64,000 nucleotides of DNA, taken from assembly GCA_000708835.1 (NCBI GenBank), contig DF237022.1, forward strand, positions 124,001-188,000, read 5' to 3'. Below are positions 33,527 to 44,615 of this stretch, in pieces. The stretch's first letter is position 1, and each line of letters starts with the position of its first letter. Made by a program: the position numbers and the translations under genes. The DNA is from Klebsormidium nitens (lineage: Eukaryota > Plantae > Klebsormidiophyceae). The notes beneath the pieces were generated by a model that was not told where the DNA came from, searched no databases, and saw nothing but the letters and a program-made list of their open reading frames with translations.

Positions 33527-36500
33527 ATGAGGACTTTAATCCTTGGGCTTGTGACAAGCAGCATGACTAATAGTAGCGACCGCATGCTCACCTTTGAACA
33601 GGATGCACCAACAGCATTGCATAACAGCGAACCCGAGTCTGCCGCTGCTAGTTCTCGACCTATGCGGCCAGAAGCTTTTGAGCCTGCCAGGAGTCAGGGA
33701 CCTGTCGACACTGATGCTGATTCCCGCAGCAGTTCGTGCCGGCACGCTGCAGAAACAGGGCCCCCAGAAGTAGAGTCTGCATCTAGGGCTGGTAATGTCA
33801 ATTCTCAAGGACTTGTGGGGACCGGTGTCGCAGAGCAGTTGGACCAATTGGGGGATGCCATGCTGGCAGAGGTGGAGGCAGCCTTGGCAGCGGAGGCCAG
33901 GGGGGACGGGTTCTATGGTGCGAATAAGCTTGGTGTGAATGAGTTTGGTGTCCACGAGCCCCGCAAGCTGTCGCGGCTTGCAAGCCTCGACGTCCTTTCA
34001 GAGATTCTCTCGTGGGAGGCGTTTGGGGGCTCGGAGAAACACGAGGAACGAGGGGTGGTCGACAGTAAAGTGGGGGTTGTGGATAGCAGGCCGAGAGGGG
34101 GGGGAGTCGAGTCAGACGTCGACAACAATGAAGATGACGCCGTGCTTGCAAGTGAGAAAGGGGGAGGCGATAGACAGGGGGGGAAGGATGGGGTAAGGGG
34201 GGATGAGTCACATCAGGTCAACAGGGGTGATGTGACGAAGGTCCCTGCATCGGTTGAAAGCGGGGGGGGGATTCTTAAAAGTAAGTCCATTGAAAGCGAG
34301 TGGGGAATTGCATTGGTTAAATGCGGGGAGAATGCAGGGGGGGGCACGGAAGATGCGTCGAGCGAGGGGGCGGTCCAGGAGTTGCTGAAGTCGTATGACA
34401 GGGCTTTGGATATCAAGGAGAAGGAGGAGAGGGGGGGTGGAGCTCCAAGCACGGAGCCTAGCTCGGGTCTGTCGCAATTGGGGGAGATGGAGGTGGATCA
34501 AGAACTGATGACGGCCCTGAAGTCCAATGTGCAGCTACGGGACGAGCATGGAACCTTGGAGCGGGCAGGCAGTGGGGAAGGATCGGGGGAGCAGACAGGG
34601 GGGTGGTTTGGGAGGGGTAACANNNNNNNNNNNNNNNNNNNNNNNNNNNNNNNNNNNNNNNNNNNNNNNNNNNNNNNNNNNNNNNNNNNNNNNNNNNNNN
34701 NNNNNNNNNNNNNNNNNNNNNNNNNNNNNNNNNNNNNNNNNNNNNNNNNNNNNNNNNNNNNNNNNNNNNNNNNNNNNNNNNNNNNNGGGGGTACAAGCGG
34801 AAAGCCCCGGAGGTGAGCCAAGTGGGAGCGTTCCATGATCTGGTGTCAAGGGGGGGTCCGGTTGAGCGTGCGAAAGAAATTGCTGAGAGAGTGCATAAGG
34901 CGGGGGGGGCTGCTGAAGCAGATGCCCGGGGGCTGCGCTTATCGGACGAGACAGTGAGTGCTCTGCGGGAGCAGCTTCTGGACGGATTGGACCACCCTCA
35001 GTTTCGGACTAGGGGGGAAGTTCACCTGCCGCATTTGCCCCCCAGAGCGAGGCCGGCGGACCCCCTGCATGTAGAGTCGCAGTCCTCCACGCTGACTTAT
35101 ACAGGCAGTGGGAATAGGGTCAGTGGGAATAGGCTCCAGTCACGGCGTCCTCATTCAACCCCAACCAGCCCCGTGCTTTCCCCTCTCCCATCCCCCAAAA
35201 TGACATTGCGCTCGCAAAGCTTCAAGGAATCGGTTCAAGTGGGGGGGTACAGCCGAGTGCCAGTGGACGTGCCGAAACCGCAGCCGGCGGGGGAGAACCA
35301 GCGGATGCGCTTCAGCCCCCAGCAACAGAAAACCCTCCAGGAGTTTGGGACAAAGGTCAACTGGGTGGGCCCCGGGGTTGAGAGTATGGAGGAGGCGCAC
35401 CAGATTTGCGCGGAGATGAGCATGGACATCAAACAGCTGAAGAAGTGGATCTCCAACCACCGCCCGAAGGAGCTCCGGAGCTCGTCCACCCCCAGGCCGG
35501 GGGTGCAGCCGCCCTGGGCCATTGTACCCCCCCTCGCAAACTCCGCCTTCCCGGGGGTCTACAGCGAGGCTGCGCTCAGGGGCCTCAGTGCAGCCCACCC
35601 TGCTTTGGTTGGTCACCCTTTCTACCCCCCTGCCCCCTTCTTTGGCGGCCCTCAGTTCCCTCAGGGAGCGTGGGTGCCCCCCCATTACGCTCCTGGGGGG
35701 CAGGCAATGTGGCCCTGGCCTGCCTCGGGCGCCTCATTGCCCCCCCAAGCATCCACGCCGGGGGGTGCCGTTCCGCCGCCGCAGCAACGCAGTGACGCCC
35801 CTGGTGAGGGGGGGGGCAAGCCAGTGGATGTGAAGGAGATTGGTCCGGGAGGGGCTGAGTTGGTGCGCGGGGGGAGTTTGGAGGCTAACGGGGGAAAGCA
35901 GGTGCCGCTCGATATGGAGCGGCTTGCGAATGCCGACAACCTGCGGCAAGTTCTAGGGAGGAAACTGAAGGACTTCGACCCTGGCAAGGTGTGTTGCACC
36001 TCTGTGTTGCTTGTTTTCCTTCAAGTTTTTTATGGTTCTTTATATCCAAGATTCATATTCCTGAATAAGCGGCCTTCATTCGTTCCTGCAGCTTGCTGAT
36101 AATTTGGAATGTTACTGATGTTTCATGTGAAGCATGTGTACTGGAATAGGGATGTTTTTGCGTTTCCTTGCTTTGGTTTAAATCTTCTTTGCAGAGCTTT
36201 CGTATCCTACATGTGCAGATTCTTCCAATGGGTAAAAAACTGCCTCCACGTTGCCGTATGCTCGCACATTGTTGCTGCTAGAACACCATTATCCTGTAAT
36301 CCTTTCTCTCTGGTGTTACATGGTTTCTTTTCTTGTCCTCCCACATCCAGCTTTCGTTTTACAAGAGAGGGGCCACGTTTGACTAGCTTCTCTTGCTTTC
36401 TTCAAACCTGCAAGCTTTGCAGATTTGTGGAGCATTTGTACATGCCTTCCTTCATCTACCCTTTCCTGGAAGCAAGAAAGATGACGTCTGCAGGAAGCGC

Positions 36501-39500
36501 TGAATGCAAAGCACATTTGTTAACCTTTTTACCCGCACCTAGACTGCTCAGGTTAAGTCAAGAAGCACAAATGACAATCCAAGAGAGCTTGCGGCAGTGG
36601 AAGGACATTGTTGTTGGTGCTCCTGGGATTGAGCGTTGAAGACAGTAATCGGATTGATTTTGCTCTTTATTCTTGAGTGATTCCCGCAGTGCACCTGTCG
36701 ATTTGTTCAGACCTTACTAGGTTGTTCCAATTGTCAAGGCCCCCCTTTCGGTATGACATCTGCATTTGGTATTCTCAATCTTTTCTTCCCCCAGATACAA
36801 AAGTTGGTGGAGATCTGCAAGACGTACCGTCAAAAGCAGAGCAGCGATTCGCCTCACGAGCGCCACGACGGCCCCCCCAAGAAAAAGCAGCTGAAGAGTC
36901 CCCCGGAAGTGGAAAATCAGCTGCCTTTTCCACCCCCGCTCAACCTGGATAGCGCAACCCCCCAGGACGAGTACCAACCCCAGTGGGGGGACACTTTGCT
37001 GGCAGAATCCACCCCCTTCGGCGGCAGGTCTGACAACCTGGTCGCCGATCCGACGGGTTGGAACATGGGGGACTTGGCTAACGCTCCATTCGCTAACGCT
37101 CCATTCGAAAACGCGACCACGTTGCAAGGTGACGGGCGGGCCAAGGCCGAGAAGGGGTTACCCAAACCCGGTCTGGCTTACCCCAACCCCTCCATGCACG
37201 GCGAGTTGGCGCAAGCGTTCGACCAGAACTTCCTGGGGGGGCAGCCTCGGGATGAAATGAGCCTGCTCCCCTTCCCCCCCCCTTCGAACCAGTTCCTAGC
37301 TCACAGTGCGGCAGGCGGCCCAGGCCAGCAAACGTGGCCAGAACCCGGGTTTGACGCAGGGTTAGCCAACGGGTTCTTCTATAACCCAGCCGCGCACCCC
37401 GCTGCTTTTGGCGCGTTTTCCCCCCTGGAGATGGGGCTTCCTGCGGGCGGTGTGCCGCGCCCTGCCACGAGTAGTGGGAAGCCGCCTCGGACTGTAAGGG
37501 CGCTTCACATGAGGGGGGGGTGTACGGCGCCCTTCCCAGGGACGGATCCAAAAGGTGGGCGGATCTTTCCAAACAAACCTTGGTTAATGTGCCCGTGCTT
37601 TTCCTCTCTCTGCCGGATACTCTCGCTTTGATGGCGAATCCGGATGCGAGTTGAATGTGGTCTATGCTTCGATTAACAAATAATGTCTGCGAAGTTCTCC
37701 AATCACATTAGCGGTATCAGCAAGTTTCGGATGTTCAGCAGGCTCTGGATGCATGCCCTCTTTATCCCGGCTTTTCGATGTTTCCTAGAAAGACACTTGA
37801 CGTTTCTTCGAAAACTGCGAATTCCTCTTTCCATCAGAATTGTGCGCGACAAGTGGCCGTCTGCAGTCATCTGAAAGTATCTGAAACTTCAGCCTTTACT
37901 CTCCGTTTCGCAATTTTGATTACAGGGCCTTTTACACGTTTTGCGTCCACAGATTGGTCTTTAGCTGCACGCGACGTCGCAGAAGGAGATCAAATCCGGC
38001 AAATGGCAAGTCAGGTCTTGGTCACTACGAATTGATGGTTTTTTTCGGAGCCTCTCAACCACGTGTTTTGCACTGACGTCAGCTGTCCCTGCCTGTGCTC
38101 TACGCAGAGTGGAGAGTGAACGAAGCGCCCGGGCTCTGGGTTCGGGGGCCGGTCACACCGCAGCCCATGAGGGGCAAGTTTCTCTTTGAGAAGGTGCTGA
38201 CGGCCAGTGATACCAGCCCCCTGGGAAGGATCATTCTGCCCAAGGTAAATCGGAGGTTGATCATCTTACTGATGGTTTTTACCATCTTATGGATTTTCTG
38301 ATTGCCATCGTATGGATGTTTTTGATTGCTACTTTCAAAGCGCCTGTGATTCGGCCGGGGGGCCGTTTTTGCCAGCGACATCACCCCCCGTTGGCCGTGA
38401 CTTCGCAGAACACGCCACACAGAGGTGCGACGTCAAGACCCAAACTCCCGCCTCTTCGAGGTGCTGACATCATCTTTTGTCGTGTCTGACGTCAGAGCCA
38501 AGCGGAGTTGCATCTGCCGAAGGTTCTGGACAAGGAAGGGGGCCTGATTACAGTGGAGGACGCAGACCGGAATCGGTGGCAGCTGCGTTATCGGTAAGGG
38601 CCTTCTTCATCGCCCTTTTCGATAATTCCCCTCTTGACTAAAGTCCGTATGTTTTTCTTTGTTTCTCACTGTCCATGTTAGTGGCGCACGAGCGCTCTCC
38701 TTGCTCGTTCAAGTAAGGGTTGCAGTGTCGTCTCTTTGTAGATCCAAAACTCTTCCTACACAGCAGAAGAACTCGAAGATTGTAAGCTTTGTGGGCACCG
38801 TTTTGCAAGCCGGCCCTCGAATGAAGGCTTTGGGTGGCCCGGTCCCGTCCTTCACGTCACGATTAACGCAGAAGGTAATCGTCATGTCGAACTGCGGACC
38901 GTAGCCTGACGTCGTTTCGTACCTGTTCTGACGTCACCCTTCGCTTTCTTTCCCAGGTTCTGGCCCAACAACAAGAGCCGGATCTACGTGTTTGAGCACA
39001 CCGCTGACTTCGTCCAGTCACGTGGCCTGCGCCCGGGGGATTATCTCGTGGTCTGCCGAGCGGACGAGGGGCATCTGGTAAGCACTTCCGTGTCATGTAA
39101 GTCCCGGTCCGTAGATATGCTTTTTTTCGGAAGCGGTCCGTGATCTCGAACTGGCGGCCAAGGATTCTGAGATCCATTCTGTGACGATTTTGAGGGTTCC
39201 GCGATGCTTGTGCATTTTTTCGAAGGTGTCGGTTTTCCGCGCATTGTGGAAGTGTGAGGAAACCATTGGTAGCAAAAGCCTCTCCCTCAGTCCCTTGGCT
39301 GGAGATCTTTGTGAGTCACCTTTGCTGTCAGGAACCTTCCGCTTCTACAATCAAACGCGTTTCAAGCGTTATTTCTTATTGAATGTCTTGTCTCTTAGGC
39401 CGGAGACTTTGTGTTCGATTTGCCTTGATTGCGCTGCCCCGCATTATATTTGAAGCCGAACGACTGTCCTTTCTGAAAAGCTGCGCGGCTTCTACACTTT

Positions 39501-40378
39501 GCGGTGCATTCACTAGGAGCTCCCTTTCTCAGCCCACTACGCTCTTTGTACGACGGCCCCCCAATTTGTCTCGATTTTCTATATCCAGTTCACATATAAT
39601 CTTCGGTGTTCAGAACTCTCATGAATGCTTTATACTTACAGTTGCTGCCTCTGTTTCTGTGCAGATCCTGAACGACCGCCGCCGGCCCGAGTCCCCCGAG
39701 GGGGATCCCTCCGAACGGCGCGCCACGTCGGAGGGTTCGCGCTCGACCGTCAGCTCCGGTTCATCATGTAACCGTGGCACACCGGATGCTCGCACCGCCA
39801 GCGAGCATGCAGAAAGCGCGGCGCTGACGTCAGCAGCAGGGCTGACGTCATTCCGGGCGGGGCCCCCGCCACTGCCGCTTCAGCAGGCGGGGCGGCAGCT
39901 AAGCATGGAAGAAGTCACACGGTAAATGTTCAGTCTCTTATCGCTTGGCTTCCGGGTCTCGGGTTTCGGGGTTTGGCGAGTCCAGCACAGATCAGGTAGA
40001 GATGACAATATCTGAGCGTGAAACAAATCGCAAGCTCTGGGTACTTCAGGGTACAGGAGCTTCTCATTTTGACATTTTGATACGGCTTTGGTGTCTTGAC
40101 TTCTCAGAGTGTGCTTTTCAAAGCCCCGCTGAATTGAAGAATAGTCGCGGGTTTCAATCGAGTCGAGGACCTGACACTGGATTGTAAGATCAGTAGAAAC
40201 CTCAGAAGACCTGACATTAAGTCGTTTGACACTATGCAGGTGGGCGATGAGCGGCGACGGCCACGAGATGATGGATTGTGTCAATCTCGACCACGGCGAG
40301 GAGCCGCACGTCCTGGAGCTGACCCAGGAATTGCAGTCCCTTCACAGCTCGGGAGGACTTCCACGGTTAGGGTCATAA
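33527..40378 (+). CDS. Transcription factor with a ZF-HD-type homeodomain and an ABI3/LAV-type B3 domain
   Basis: Large first coding region from about 33527 to 35988 (start uncertain; crossed by the N gap, frame across the gap unknown). Then exons 36795-37493, 38083-38244, 38496-38593, 38957-39077, 39665-39921, 40240-40378, phase-consistent. Homeodomain-like 35296-35469 ([21 protein letters not shown]...[10 protein letters not shown]). B3 reads [22 protein letters not shown]...[34 protein letters not shown]. Confidence 0.8.
34623..34786. other. Assembly gap (164 N) inside the homeodomain/B3 gene
   Basis: Run of N. The ORFs on either side are in different nominal frames, so the gap length is only an estimate or the gap hides an intron. 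Confidence 1.
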
Positions 40379-40842
40379 CCCATGGGGTATCAAGCAAACC
40401 TCGGTTTCGCCCCTGCGGTGAGTTGCGCCGGGTTTTCAGGAGTTTCGTTGGTTAGAAGTTTTATTTGCAGCTCTGGCAAGTCTTTCCGGTTGGGTTTCGG
40501 ATTGCCCGATTTAGAAGCAAACTCTGTTTTTCTCTCCACAGTGAGTGATCTTTGTCTCGCTGACTGATTCGGGCTTTTGTGAGGTCCATCTACGAACGCT
40601 ACGACTACAAACGCCTGGCCTTGAAAGAGGCGGAAAGTGTTAGTCTGAAGAATGCATACCAAGGCTTTTGTGGCAGCCCAGTGGAATGTCTCGGTTGCCG
40701 AGCTTAGTATGGTCGCCCCCTGGGCATCATTGGCCTGCATTGGGCCGGCGACCAATTCGAATCAGAATGCGAAGGCAATCGCTTAGGCTTTGTTTGCTGG
40801 CTGAGAGTCCTTTCGCGGGCGTGTGAGAGTGCGCCTTTCCAT

Positions 40843-40950
40843 TTTTTGCTGCTGGAAAATGGTGCAGAAATCAACGTAATGGAGGAGAATGGTCGCACGG
40901 CGCTTCATGTTGCTGCAGTTTCAAGCCGTGATTCTTTTTTTGATTGGTAG
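40843..40950 (+). pseudogene. Isolated ankyrin-repeat fragment
   Basis: Translates FLLLENGAEINVMEENGRTALHVAAVSSRDSFFDW*, which matches the ankyrin consensus LLxxGAxxNxxxxxGxTxLHxAA. No start codon or good splice sites. Confidence 0.55.
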
Positions 40951-43565
40951 CTTTCTCAGGTCTGTGCGGGCAGAAATGGGTTTCAGGATCGTTGCTTCGG
41001 ATGCAGGCTGCGATTCGATAAGGATTTTGAAGCAATCACTGAAATTGTGCCCCTTCTCAAGTTTGTCATCACATCCCGTCGAGCATAAGATTTAAGTTTC
41101 GCGTTTACAATTGAGCATCGGCTCACCCATCTAATAGCGGCCTCGCTTACAAGCGGCACACTTCTATTGTATGCAGGTTTCGAGGGTGTCATCCTTGAAA
41201 TGCCGCGACGACCGAAGTTTCCTTCCCTAGTTCGGCCGATCTGTCGGTCCTGCATGGAGCCGGGACCTGTATAGCATCCCCTCCTCCGATGATCATTTGC
41301 GAAGGTGACCAGAGATTGACGTCACGACATCCGCTAATATACGCACAGGGCTGTACGCACAGGGCTGTAAACCACTGGCACCTAGCAGGCTGCACGCACC
41401 TGTAAAATACTTAGTCTGATCGAGTTTGATTGGCGCCGCGCATGCTCGAGCGTGGTTATCTTGAGGCCTGGGGGTTCGAAATAAAACGCCTGGAGCTGAA
41501 CGGCCAGTTTTGGCTTTGCGATGGCTTTGCATCACTGACAGAGATCCCGTCAAAATATAGGGCGTAATTCGCGTAGGCAGACCCGAAGAACATATGATCG
41601 GAGTGATAATCTGGGTATTTCGATCAACTGAGCGGGTTACAATCTGCTTGTCATCTCGGCATCGGTTGTTAGATCAAGGCAACAGACATGGTTAAAATAA
41701 ATTGGGCCTGAGTCAAAATTGGACTCAACCATATTGGGAAACGGTACGCAGTGTTATAGAATCACCGAGTCAAGTGTAGGTATACGCAAGTGCCATTGGC
41801 ACAGTCTAGCTAGGAGTGTGTTGCATATGATACTCAGGTACAACCTGCAAACTTAAAACAAAGATGCATTCAATGCATATGTTCCGAAGTTCAGATTGGG
41901 GTTTGGTTTGATCATTACAATCGAGGCTTGGATCCGATATGATAATCGAGGTGTCAGTTTCTTTTTCATACATGATTGTGACCGTCGGTAATCCTCAACG
42001 GAGGCCGGCTAACTTTGCCATATTACAGTTTGTGGTATTGAGGTCGATCCTTAATTATGCTTCAGTGTGTACCCTAAAGATCTTCATGCAGTGCAGAATC
42101 GATAGAATTGAAGTGCATCCATTCACGCGGTAGGCCTCGATCAGCCGGCCTAATTGCCCGCGACCTCGGCGTGTGGGGCCGGGCAACCCCGGACCCCGGC
42201 GCCGTCGACTATAGTCACGACACTCGGCCGCGGGCATGCATGTGACTTCAAAGACCTACGATATGTAATTCATTTGTCGGTAAGGCGCAGCTGGTGTCAC
42301 CAGATTACCTCATGCGCAGTTTGCGTGTATGAGTTTCCCCTTGAAGAATTAGAGTACGTCCGTTGTGTCCGCCTGCGTCCATGCCATAGCAATAGGTTTG
42401 TTGAAATGGACTGCATTCTTCATTCATCTAGCTTGTCATTGTCACTTTTGTCCTGTCCTCTGCATACCGTACTAATCTGTATATACGGAAAAAGCTTGTC
42501 AAACCTGGCTAACGATGGCGCGGCCTGCTCTGAATCTTTGATTGGATTAGAGTCGGAACCGCTTAAAAGCTGGAATCGCAAATTGTATAATTGAGCGTCC
42601 AGTCTGCTTCTTGCTAGGCATGTGAATCCGATCATTATACGATAATTAAAGGGTGATCACGCATTATGATGCCCTACTATACAGAGCTCAGTATTGCATT
42701 GTGACACTTGGAAGCCTGATCGGATGGAACATGTTTCTGATCGACTTCTTCTTCGGATATCGAACTTGCAATTTCAGGGACCGCAAGTGGTGAGAATGCC
42801 TTCCGCTCCGCCAATGATTTGTATATATCAGAACCGTTCAACGCGTCCTTTCTTGCTAGATTCCGGAGGACAAAGCGCGCAAAAGCCTGAGCTTGTTCGT
42901 ATACAGTTGTGTAAGCTGCACATCTAGATACGAATGTGCTCTTCATCCTCAGTTTTCCGGCAAGCATTTGCAAAATGTACACAGTCTACTCGCTCGAGTG
43001 ACACCTTTGCCATCCTCCTGTCTCGACCGTCGAGCACAGAAATCTGCATGGTCCGGTCATACACCTCATGTTCTGTATGTTCGAAACCTCAAGGCTCGCG
43101 CCATTATGTGTCTTTCTAAGTTCGGTCGTTGATTATTGCATCATATCCATCATTCATCGGATGTATTTTTGGTCAAAGATGGGGTCAATTTGCCAGGTGC
43201 TCCGCACTGCTTTGAAACATATGCATACCACCCGCAATGCTGCTTCACCTCAAGTTTGAATCTCCGCACGAGCCGCATTTCAGCGCACCGAACATGGGCC
43301 TAACATACCCCGTACCACCCGCATTGTATGGTGCATCAGAGTGCTGGGTTGGACTAATGTGGCAAGAGCAGATTTGGTTATGCGGTAGCTAGGCCTTCAG
43401 AAGTGAAACATTGTATGCCATGGAGGCTTAATTATGGCCCATGTCACTGGCCACATCGTCTTTGAATCAAGAGAACATCGTGCGGCCCAGCAGGTCACAG
43501 CACTTTCCGGCAATCAAAACAACATGGTCCTTCCGACCTGGCCGAGCCAACCAGTTCGTTAGGTA

Positions 43566-43742
43566 CCGGTAACTCTCGTGTGACCTAACGGGCGTGTGAC
43601 CTAAGATACGAATCACCCGGGCACTTCAAACTAAAACCCTAACCCAGATTATCACCCGCTCCGCACCCCAACCCACCCTAACCACCATACCAAACCCACC
43701 CGTCCCCCGGGTGCCTTGCTTAGGTCACACGAGAGTTATCGG
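43566..43742. mobile_element. MITE, about 177 bp, 23-bp TIRs
   Basis: ccggtaactctcgtgtgacctaa (43566-43588) and ttaggtcacacgagagttatcgg (43720-43742), 1 mismatch. If the ends are ACTCTC.../...GAGAGT, both sides are flanked by TA, a possible Tc1/mariner-type TSD. Confidence 0.8.
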
Positions 43743-44615
43743 AGTGTTCGATCGTTACCGTACTCGAAGAGGGCATGCAGTGCGCCGGCGAAAGCTTCGG
43801 TTCATCGAAACGACGTGTAAGTGCAAGCTTCCCTTCCGACGTTGACGTTACTTGGAATAGACTTACCAGATGGTACTTACCGCGCGGCAGCCTACAGTCA
43901 CTGTGAGATTTCCAGTGCAGTCACTGATTACTTTTCACCAATTAATATCCCCTGCTCTTAAACATTTGTCCGACAGGGAGCCGGGCATACCAGGGCAAGC
44001 TGGTCGGCTCACTCCGCCTGGCACGTGGCCGTTGATTCTACTCACACTAGCTGGGCGACAAAGCTTGTTGGAGAGCACCGGACGGAGCAAAATAATCTTG
44101 CCTCGATAGCGATTCACGCGTTCAGCTTGAACAGTGAACCGGTCTCAGCTCGTCTCAAACATTGCAAAAACAAGAGTCATAACGCCACTTCTTGGCAGGT
44201 ACGCTCGTAGCCTCGCAACTTCGAGTTATGTAAACCATTCGTGTCACATGCTGCTAGTGCCAGAAGTCGACACACGTCGTTTTTCGTGGCGTTCTCGGGC
44301 TCTGCCAACCACAGAGGCTCAGCGGCCGCGGTTGCTTTAGCAGCGTGTCTCATTCAACTTCAGTAATCTGTGTTATGTCAATACCCTCATCGCCCGTCGT
44401 AACCATCCTTATTAAATCGTAGTTGAGACGTAGCCTCTCTCGTAATTTCTGTCGTTAAATCCTCCGTTTTTCCGCGGGCTTTGAATGACCGCTCCGCTCT
44501 GCAGTGTCAGTTACATGAAGAACCTGATATGCAAGGTCGCCGAAAGGGCAGAAATCTCTGTTTCCAACATATCAATTGGTGGTTCCAGGCCTTAGCTCGC
44601 CCTTAACCCTTGGGG

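Noticed and set aside
34813-37631. Many long antisense or alternate-frame ORFs over GC-rich exons (also over the ALMT and FAN exons)
   Set aside because: Expected shadows of GC-rich coding sequence; low-complexity translations with no independent signals.
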